A stretch of 44,781 bases of DNA from Ruminococcus sp. (GTDB taxonomy: Bacteria > Bacillota > Clostridia > Oscillospirales > Acutalibacteraceae): assembly GCA_024690465.1 (NCBI GenBank), contig JAILPC010000104.1, forward strand, positions 1-44,781, given 5' to 3'. Numbering within the stretch: position 1 is the stretch's first letter; each line of letters begins with the position of its first letter. Below the pieces are notes generated by a model. The model was not told where the DNA came from. It saw nothing but the letters and a program-made list of their open reading frames with translations, and ran no database searches. Below are positions 1 to 6,874 of this stretch, piece by piece. A program made the position numbers and the translations under genes.

Positions 1-1
1 A

Positions 2-280
2 GTTGGTATATGGGCTTTTTCAAACTGTTTTGGCCTGGAGTCGGTCAACTTTCTTAACACGCGGCTTTCTTATTTAGGCGATTACTGTTTTGACGGTTGT
101 GAAAGCTTAACAACCGTATATCTGCCCACGACTCTTTCGGAACTGGGTGAATACTGTTTTCAAAATACGGCGGTGACTGATATTTATTATACAGGCACCC
201 AAGCGCAGTGGGAACAGGTAACAATAGGTATGGATGCTCTCCCGAGCGGAGTAACAATGCATTATAACTACACCGCGTAA
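2..280 (+). CDS. 3' end of a BspA-type leucine-rich repeat (LRR_5) surface protein, truncated by the window edge
   Basis: Frame 2 is open from base 2 to TAA at 278-280 and reads VGIWAFSNCFGLESVNF...LGDYCFDGCESLTTVYLPTTLSELGEYCFQNTAVTDIYYTGTQAQW, typical TpLRR repeats. Not listed in the ORF track. Confidence 0.88.
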   Translation, partial: VGIWAFSNCFGLESVNFLNTRLSYLGDYCFDGCESLTTVYLPTTLSELGEYCFQNTAVTDIYYTGTQAQWEQVTIGMDALPSGVTMHYNYTA

Positions 281-296
281 ACAAATGAATACCTCA

Positions 297-331
297 AAGG
301 GCTGTGCGTTTGCGCAGCCCTTACGTTTTTT
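297..331 (+). terminator. Rho-independent terminator
   Basis: AAGGGCTGTGC-loop-GCGCAGCCCTT stem followed by a T run. Confidence 0.8.
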
Positions 332-505
332 GAGATAAATAGTTTTTATTTAATTTTCACAAACCGAAAACATAAAATTATACAACCCGCCATAATTCCT
401 GTAGCGAAATATACAAATTTCAAAAGCCGATTTTGTTAATTATTACTAACTACCAAAAAAGTTGCACAAATTATGTGAATGTTAGAAAAAACTGCACAAT
501 TATTA

Positions 506-535
506 TTGACTTTAACCCTGAAAATAGTGTAAAAT
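506..535 (+). promoter_or_regulatory. sigma-A-type promoter of the SipW/fibre operon
   Basis: TTGACT (506-511), 18 nt spacer, TAAAAT (530-535), upstream of the first operon gene. Confidence 0.55.
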
Positions 536-610
536 AGTATAGCTAAACTATAAAATTATAATTGTCTTCAAATGCCATGTCATATAAAGAATAAGCTGGG
601 GAGGGATAAT

Positions 611-1432
611 GTGTCTTTCAAAAATTATATTCAAAAATACAGGAAAAGACTCAGGAAGAGGAAAAGCCTTATTGTCTTCCTAAGCATTATTTCAATTTTA
701 GGGTTAACTACCGCTACCTACGCGTGGTTTACGGTTAATACCTTTGCGGGCATCCAGGATTTTGAACTTAAAATCAGCACGGGTGAGGATTTGAGAGTTT
801 CCATGGATAATCACGGTTCGGATATCGATCTGTATACTCATGTGATTACCAATGATATGATAAACTCCTATCTCCGCAAGAATTACAACAAAACTATTGA
901 AGATATTGTTCTCGATCCCGTTACTTCCAACAACGGAAAAACGTTTGCGTACCAGAACGGAACGGCAGCTGAGCCGAACGACACAGATTCCTACTTCGAG
1001 TTTGAGTGCTACTTTATCGCAACCAAGGATATGCACGTTCACCTGACAACAGAGGAAGGCGTCGACGAGAACAACAACAAGATTGAAGGCACCGATGTAA
1101 GTTCCGATTCCCCCGCTCCCAAGAACGATGTCGTAAGAGCAAACCGAATCTCTTTCGCGGCAGACGGCGACAGCGGCAACGCCAAGACATACGAGCCCAA
1201 CAAGGGCAGTCAGGTCACAAGCCTCTCAACCTTTGATTTGCCGAGCGGAACGATGACCTACAATGACTCCAATAATCTGTTCTCGCTTGAGAAGCTTACT
1301 CCCAAAAAGGTTACCGTAAGGCTCTGGCTCGAGGGTGAGGATCCCGAATGTGTCAACAGAATCCAGGGTGCAGACCTCAAAGTTCGTCTCGCGTTTGTGG
1401 GTATCAAGAACGGTTCCAATACTCCCGGCTGA
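611..1432 (+). CDS. SipW-processed TasA-like fibre subunit (minor)
   Basis: GTG start after a GGGAGG RBS; basic n-region, hydrophobic helix and TATYA-WFT SipW-class motif; C-terminal LWLEGEDPEC motif. Confidence 0.8.
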   Translation: MSFKNYIQKYRKRLRKRKSLIVFLSIISILGLTTATYAWFTVNTFAGIQDFELKISTGEDLRVSMDNHGSDIDLYTHVITNDMINSYLRKNYNKTIEDIVLDPVTSNNGKTFAYQNGTAAEPNDTDSYFEFECYFIATKDMHVHLTTEEGVDENNNKIEGTDVSSDSPAPKNDVVRANRISFAADGDSGNAKTYEPNKGSQVTSLSTFDLPSGTMTYNDSNNLFSLEKLTPKKVTVRLWLEGEDPECVNRIQGADLKVRLAFVGIKNGSNTPG

Positions 1433-1467
1433 TAGAAAGGTGCAAATTGAAAGGAGAAGGTGATTAA

Positions 1468-2292
1468 ATGGCATTCAGAAAAAAGAATAAACAGGTTGAC
1501 GCGCCTACTCCTGAAGAAGTCGCGAAGCTTGGTCATAAGCACGAAGTCGAAGCGGCAAAGGATAAAAACTCCTCAGTCTACGATCATTTCCACGCGCAGG
1601 ACGAGGCAAAGGCGATTGCCGACGCGAAGAAGCGCAAAAAGCGCTATGCCATTATCCTCGGCGCGCTGCTGCTTTCTCTGCTTATATTGTACATAGTATC
1701 TATGCTGAGAACGCAGTGGGGCGATTTGGTAGTTACCATAGGCGATGTTTACGAAGGCAAATCAATTATGCTCTCCGAGGGCGCGTCGTTTGAAGACGCG
1801 GAGGTTAAGCTTAACGGCGGCAGCGTTAAGGATGTAACAAATATCACAAAAGCGTGGCTTCCGAAGAACCTAGACACTCAAAAGGACGGTCAGCACAACG
1901 GCGAAAACTACCTTGCCTATACCTTCTATCTTAAGAATACAGGCGATGAGGACTTAAAGTACGATACGACAATGACCGTTACAGGCGTTGCCAAGCACGC
2001 TGACGAGGCAATCCGAATTCAGATTTACAAGAACGGAAAAGACAGCGTATACGCCAAGGGTACCTACAAGGACCGCAAGACTGCCGAGACCGACGCCACC
2101 GTGTGGGTTGATACCGACGATGTTCTGAAGGAAAAGAATTCGGAACTCAAGGCAGGCGCTGTCGATAAATTCACAGTAGTAATGTGGATAGAGGGCAACG
2201 ACCCCGAGTGTGTTGACGCAATCCGCGGAGGCTCAATCCGCTCCCAGATGACGTTCGACGTTGTGCCTGATAATCCCGCTGACGCGGAATAA
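1468..2292 (+). CDS. Membrane-anchored TasA-like subunit without a SipW cleavage motif (candidate base subunit)
   Basis: Charged ~58-aa N-terminus, KKRKKR, one TM helix, no TYAWF motif; YLAYTFYLKNTG and MWIEGNDPEC motifs match the neighbouring subunits. Confidence 0.7.
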   Translation: MAFRKKNKQVDAPTPEEVAKLGHKHEVEAAKDKNSSVYDHFHAQDEAKAIADAKKRKKRYAIILGALLLSLLILYIVSMLRTQWGDLVVTIGDVYEGKSIMLSEGASFEDAEVKLNGGSVKDVTNITKAWLPKNLDTQKDGQHNGENYLAYTFYLKNTGDEDLKYDTTMTVTGVAKHADEAIRIQIYKNGKDSVYAKGTYKDRKTAETDATVWVDTDDVLKEKNSELKAGAVDKFTVVMWIEGNDPECVDAIRGGSIRSQMTFDVVPDNPADAE

Positions 2293-2321
2293 TTAACAAT
2301 TAACGATTAACAATTAACAGT
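2290..2321. repeat. Left arm of a 32-bp inverted repeat built from 7-bp AATTAAC units
   Basis: TAATTAACAATTAACGATTAACAATTAACAGT; its reverse complement matches 2725-2756 at 31 of 32 positions. Confidence 0.92.
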
Positions 2322-2337
2322 TAAGTTGGAGGTTAAA

Positions 2338-2691
2338 TTGAGCGTTAATGAAAGCATTATCGGACCAAAAGCCTTTGATTTTGCTGTACGGATTGTTAAA
2401 CTTAATAAATTGTTAGTTAACGAGCGGAAAGAGTATATTCTGTCAAAACAGCTTCTTCGTTCTGCAACGAGTATAGGTGCTAATGTTTCGGAAGGACAGT
2501 ATGCTCAGAGTAAACCTGATTTCTGTTCCAAGATGAATATTGCTCTTAAAGAAGCAGGGGAAACAGAGTATTGGTTAAAGTTGCTTTACGCGACTGAAAT
2601 AATCAGTAAAAAAGAATATGATTCACTTAATGAAGATTTGACGCCTATTATAAAGATTCTAATAAAAATTGTTCAAAATTCAAAACAATGA
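2338..2691 (+). CDS. Four helix bundle protein (TIGR02436 / 23S rRNA IVP-like)
   Basis: KAFDFAVRIV...LSKQLLRSATSIGANVSEG...DFCSKMNIALKEAGETEYWLKLL signature; TTG start after GGAGG. Confidence 0.92.
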   Translation: MSVNESIIGPKAFDFAVRIVKLNKLLVNERKEYILSKQLLRSATSIGANVSEGQYAQSKPDFCSKMNIALKEAGETEYWLKLLYATEIISKKEYDSLNEDLTPIIKILIKIVQNSKQ

Positions 2692-2724
2692 TTATTAATT
2701 AAAATTGGAGCGAAGCGACCCTTC

Positions 2725-2756
2725 ACTGTTAATTGTTAATAGTTAATTGTTAATTA
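2725..2756. repeat. Right arm of the 32-bp inverted repeat (GTTAATT units)
   Basis: ACTGTTAATTGTTAATAGTTAATTGTTAATTA. Confidence 0.92.
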
Positions 2757-2881
2757 AAAATTATTTTGGTCACAACGATTTTCTGACTACCGTGTTGCTG
2801 AGACGGCACAGGAATCGTGACATATATCAAAACCAAGTTCCTTTGTGTTGGGAACAAAATAATTTTAAGGAGGATTCTCTA

Positions 2882-3688
2882 ATGAAAAACACAAGAAAAA
2901 AGATGTTACTCTCATCAGTAGCTATGCTTCTTGTTGCTCTCGTAGCTTTAGGCTCCGCAACATACGCATGGTTCACAATCAACAAGACTGTTGAAGCTAA
3001 CCACATCACAGTTAAGGCTGCTGTAGCTAACGGCCTTCAGATCACATCAACAAACGGTAAAGCTTGGGATCGTACAGCGTCCTTTGGCGATGCTACTACA
3101 GGCGTAGAGCTCAAACCCGTTTCACTCAACCCCGGAACAGCTATCTCTGCTTCCACAAAGGCATATGTAGCTGGCGACGTTAGCCGTACAAACGGTGGTG
3201 CTTGGGCAACAGGCAACACAGATATCGGCTCCTTCACAGAGCAGGCTCTTCCCTCTGCTTTATCAACAGCTGAAGCTGCTACTACTACAGATTATGTAAA
3301 GAGCAACAACGGCTACTTTGCTGCTTACAGAATCGGTATCAAGTCTTCTGACGGCAATGCTATCGGCAAAAAGGTTACAGCAAAAGTTGAGTCTTCAGGC
3401 GACGGCGCAGACTTTGCAAAGGCTGTTCTCATTGCAGGCAACATGGCTGGTGATGTTAAGAACGGTATCGGCGATGCTTACAGCGCTATCACAGCTACTA
3501 CTCCCGCAGTTACATCCGTAGCAGCTAAGACTGGCGCAGCTGTAGAGGTTCTTAACGATATCTCAACAGCTCAGTATTACACTCTCCTCGTATGGTATGA
3601 GGGTAATGATGCTGATTGTGTAGATACTGCACAGGGTGATGTTACTAACTTCACAGTTACATTCGAGCTCGGCACAGCTTCTGTATAA
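2882..3688 (+). CDS. SipW-processed TasA-like subunit, probable major fibre subunit
   Basis: AAGGAGG RBS then ATG at 2882; MKNTRKK-hydrophobic-GSATYA-WFT; VWYEGNDADC motif; strongly biased GCT/ACA/AAC/ATC codons; strong 3' hairpin. Confidence 0.82.
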   Translation: MKNTRKKMLLSSVAMLLVALVALGSATYAWFTINKTVEANHITVKAAVANGLQITSTNGKAWDRTASFGDATTGVELKPVSLNPGTAISASTKAYVAGDVSRTNGGAWATGNTDIGSFTEQALPSALSTAEAATTTDYVKSNNGYFAAYRIGIKSSDGNAIGKKVTAKVESSGDGADFAKAVLIAGNMAGDVKNGIGDAYSAITATTPAVTSVAAKTGAAVEVLNDISTAQYYTLLVWYEGNDADCVDTAQGDVTNFTVTFELGTASV

Positions 3689-3747
3689 TTTATATTAATA
3701 TATTTTATTTACAGTTATCATAGTAACTGAATAACATTTAATTATGT

Positions 3748-3773
3748 CCCCGAGCCGAGTTGCTCGGCTCGGG
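3748..3773 (+). terminator. Strong GC-rich stem-loop after the major subunit (stabiliser or partial terminator)
   Basis: CCCGAGCCGAG-TTG-CTCGGCTCGGG, a perfect 11-bp stem; no T-tract on the + strand. Confidence 0.6.
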
Positions 3774-3847
3774 GCAAAAAGCTGACTCAGCCCTGACAGC
3801 ACAGGGCAAAGCGCTTTATCAAATACAGGAAATGAGGAAATCCCATA

Positions 3848-4618
3848 ATGAAAAAAGTATTAAGCAAAATACTAAAAATTGTTGTCGACGTACTGATTGT
3901 CGCTATTTTAATTATATCTATATTAATTCTGACAATCGCTTTGACAACCCGTGGAAACGAGGGAGTTCCCAATGTGTTCGGTAAAGCGCCTATAGGCGTT
4001 CTCACAGATTCGATGAAAGGCGACAAGCCCGACGACTTCAACGCGGGCGATATGCTTATCTGCGATGTGGTGGATAATCCCGTTGAAGCGACATTTAAGG
4101 TTGGCGATGTTGTTACATTTGCCGCAGATGTTGACAAAAACGGCGAGCGCGACTACGTAACCCATAGAATCTATAAAATTAAGAAAGACGGAAAAATCCT
4201 GACAAAGGGTGATAACAACGAGACCTACGACCAGGATTCCAAAAACGCTGTTGTATTCCCTGAATTAGTTAAAACAGATATTCTTGCGGTATACCACGGC
4301 ACCAAGATTGACGGTCTTGGCGGAGTGCTCAATTATCTCCAGACACCGACGGGTTTCTTCCTCTGGATTCTTCTTCCGATGATTATATTCTTCCTCTTCC
4401 AGGCTGTGCGCGTTGTAATCAACGCTATGGCTTACAGCAAGGAGAAGGGCATACTCAAGGCTCAGGAAGCTATGGAAAAAGCAGGTCTCACCGAAGAGCA
4501 AAAGCAGAGAGCGATTGCCGAGTATCTTGCCGCTCAGGAGGGCAAAACTCCTCCCGAAGCGGACGAAACTAAGGACGCGCCCGAAGCTGAAGCTCAATCC
4601 GAATCGGACGATGCTTAA
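3848..4618 (+). CDS. sipW: Signal peptidase I, SipW/ER-type (S26B), copy 1
   Basis: N-terminal TM, VLTDSM (catalytic Ser), GDMLI, VTHRI (catalytic His), LTKGDNN, C-terminal TM. Confidence 0.88.
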   Translation: MKKVLSKILKIVVDVLIVAILIISILILTIALTTRGNEGVPNVFGKAPIGVLTDSMKGDKPDDFNAGDMLICDVVDNPVEATFKVGDVVTFAADVDKNGERDYVTHRIYKIKKDGKILTKGDNNETYDQDSKNAVVFPELVKTDILAVYHGTKIDGLGGVLNYLQTPTGFFLWILLPMIIFFLFQAVRVVINAMAYSKEKGILKAQEAMEKAGLTEEQKQRAIAEYLAAQEGKTPPEADETKDAPEAEAQSESDDA

Positions 4619-4674
4619 TGTAACGCGGACTGCGGGAGTCAGCATGACCGCGGTCACAGTTACATTATCAGTAT

Positions 4675-4709
4675 AAAATTAAAAATGAAAAATTAAACAT
4701 GAAAAATGT
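4675..4709. repeat. 7-bp tandem array (AAAATTA/AAAATGA), left flank of the second four-helix gene
   Basis: AAAATTA AAAATGA AAAATTA AACATGA AAAATGT; imperfect inverse of 5146-5173. Confidence 0.65.
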
Positions 4710-4728
4710 TTATTTAATGTAAGACAAT

Positions 4729-5076
4729 ATGGTTGATATTGAAAAAGCCAGTGAAGATTTTGCTGTAAGGATATATAACCTCTACAAATACTTATCATAT
4801 TCAAAAAAGGAATATATTCTATCCAATCAACTGCTCCGTTCAGGAACAAGCATTGGCGCAAATGTCAGTGAGGCAGAAGGCGGTATAACAAAAAAGGATT
4901 TTATCGCTAAAATGCATATTGCGCTTAAAGAAGCGCACGAAACAAAGTATTGGCTTAGAATTATGAGAAGAACAGAGCTGCTTAACAGTGTTGAATATAA
5001 CTCAATTTATAAAGACGCTTCAATAATAGAGGCAACAATTGTCAAAATTCTAAAATCATCCAAGTCAGATAATTAA
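4729..5076 (+). CDS. Four helix bundle protein (TIGR02436-like), copy 2
   Basis: KEYILSNQLLRSGTSIGANVSEAEG...KDFIAKMHIALKEAHETKYWL. Confidence 0.92.
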   Translation: MVDIEKASEDFAVRIYNLYKYLSYSKKEYILSNQLLRSGTSIGANVSEAEGGITKKDFIAKMHIALKEAHETKYWLRIMRRTELLNSVEYNSIYKDASIIEATIVKILKSSKSDN

Positions 5077-5145
5077 AATTTATATATTTGTTCGAGAATA
5101 AATTTGCGGGTAAAAACCTGCTTATGATCTCGATAATAATATATT

Positions 5146-5173
5146 TAATTTTTAATCTTTAATCTTTAATATT
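5146..5173. repeat. 7-bp tandem array (TAATCTT), right flank of the second four-helix gene
   Basis: TAATTTT TAATCTT TAATCTT TAATATT. Confidence 0.65.
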
Positions 5174-5300
5174 TTAATAAAAGCCTCCCCTTCCGAGGTA
5201 TGTTGTACAGGCAGCGTAATGTTAAGGCAGGGTGCAGGTTAAGAGCTAATGGTCAGACAGCTTTTATAAAAAATTCAAAAATTTTTTTAAGGAGAAAATT

Positions 5301-6827
5301 ATGGATACAGTATTTCAATTTCTCTTTCAGTTTTTAGGACAGTTCTTCGGTTCCATCTGGAACGGAATTGTTTCAATACTCGGCGCGTTCAATGTTCCCG
5401 AGTACATCAGCATTATTTCACGCTACACCACAAAGCTGGGCGGACTCGCCTGGGTTGTAGCGATTATCGCTATTCTATTACTTGTAGCTATTTTAGCTTT
5501 ACTGGTTTTCTTTATAGTTGTTTCCTTAAAGAAATTCTTCAGAAACAAGCGTGCCCGCAAGGACACAGGCTCGCTCGTTCAGGAGGTTCAGGCGCTCAAC
5601 CGCGAGGTTATGCGTCTTAATCTTGAGAAAGACAAAATCTTATCTATGAAGGTAAGCCAGATCGGACTTAATCCCAACGAAATCTCCGAGCTCACGGGAG
5701 AAGAACTTGAAACGCTCAACGGCGAAGGCGGAGAAGATACTGAAGAAGGCGTACGTTTCCTCAAGCTCACACAGCTCGACAAGGACTGGGAGGAATACAC
5801 TCCCCCCGAGTACGACAACGACATTACTCTTCCCGAATTCTGCGACCGTTTCCGTTTGTTCGCCTGCTCAAGGCTCGGTCTTTATTATGATATCTCTATG
5901 ATTCGCCGCTTTGTATCGGCTTTCGCTTCTACAAGACTCATCGTATTACAGGGTATTTCCGGTACAGGTAAAACATCACTCGCCTACGCTTTCGGTAAGT
6001 ATGTTTGCAACGACTCCGTAATCACTCCCGTACAGCCTTCATGGCGTGACCGTTCCGAGCTCTTCGGCTACTTCAACGAGTTTACAAAGAAGTATAACGA
6101 GACGGCTCTCCTCTGCGCTATGTACGAGGCTAACTTCAACGAAAACGTTTATCTGGTAATCCTCGACGAAATGAACATCGCTCGTGTTGAGTACTACTTC
6201 GCCGAGATGCTTTCAATTCTTGAAATGCCGCGACGCGAGGAGTGGATAGTTGACCTCGTGCCCAGCACATGGCCCAACGACCCGAAACAGCTTGACCGCG
6301 GCAAGTTCACCGTGCCGCCCAACATGTGGTATTGCGGCACAATCAACAACGACGACTCGACATTCGCCGTTACAGATAAGGTATACGACCGTGCTATGCC
6401 TATCAACATTGATACAAAGGGCGTAGCCTTTGAGGCTCCCGATACACCGCCTGTTGTTATCAACTACCACCACTTTGAGGATATCCTCAACCAGGCTAAA
6501 GCCGAAAACCCGATTTCCGATGAACTGCTCAACAAACTGGCTCTCGTAGACGACTACGTAATCAGCCACTTCCGAGTAGCTTTCGGTAACCGTATTATGA
6601 AGCAGATTAAGGACTATGTTCCCGCGTACGTCGGCACAGGCGGCACGGAAATTGACGGCCTTGATTATATTCTCGCGCGCAAAGTATTGCGTAAATTTGA
6701 GGCGCTCAACCTTTCATACATCCGTGATGAAATCGACGGACTTATTGCCTATATGGATGAATTATTCGGCGAAGAAAACATGGGCGAATGTAAGGATTAC
6801 CTCCTTATGCTCAAGAAGCTTGCGTAA
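5301..6827 (+). CDS. Membrane-anchored McrB-family AAA+ NTPase
   Basis: N-terminal hydrophobic helices then KKFFRNKRARK; short coiled coil; Walker A GISGTGKT; WRDRSELFGYFN; Walker B LVILDEMNIARVEYYFA; GTINNDDST signature; DKVYDRA. Confidence 0.88.
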   Translation: MDTVFQFLFQFLGQFFGSIWNGIVSILGAFNVPEYISIISRYTTKLGGLAWVVAIIAILLLVAILALLVFFIVVSLKKFFRNKRARKDTGSLVQEVQALNREVMRLNLEKDKILSMKVSQIGLNPNEISELTGEELETLNGEGGEDTEEGVRFLKLTQLDKDWEEYTPPEYDNDITLPEFCDRFRLFACSRLGLYYDISMIRRFVSAFASTRLIVLQGISGTGKTSLAYAFGKYVCNDSVITPVQPSWRDRSELFGYFNEFTKKYNETALLCAMYEANFNENVYLVILDEMNIARVEYYFAEMLSILEMPRREEWIVDLVPSTWPNDPKQLDRGKFTVPPNMWYCGTINNDDSTFAVTDKVYDRAMPINIDTKGVAFEAPDTPPVVINYHHFEDILNQAKAENPISDELLNKLALVDDYVISHFRVAFGNRIMKQIKDYVPAYVGTGGTEIDGLDYILARKVLRKFEALNLSYIRDEIDGLIAYMDELFGEENMGECKDYLLMLKKLA

Positions 6828-6874
6828 TTTAAGCTAAAACTGCAGGTTTCCAACATAAAGAGAGGTGAGTAAGC

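Noticed and set aside
54-284. 76-aa minus-strand ORF
   Set aside because: Lies opposite the LRR coding frame on the + strand.
3772-3820. GCACAGGGCAAA resembling the start of a c-di-GMP-I riboswitch
   Set aside because: The GNRA-capped P2 and the downstream GCAAAG/P3 elements are missing; a simple hairpin explains the sequence.
2338-5076. Four-helix-bundle genes as Avd of a diversity-generating retroelement acting on the adhesins
   Set aside because: No reverse transcriptase next to them and no TR/VR pair with adenine-specific mismatches noticed; the signature fits TIGR02436 better.
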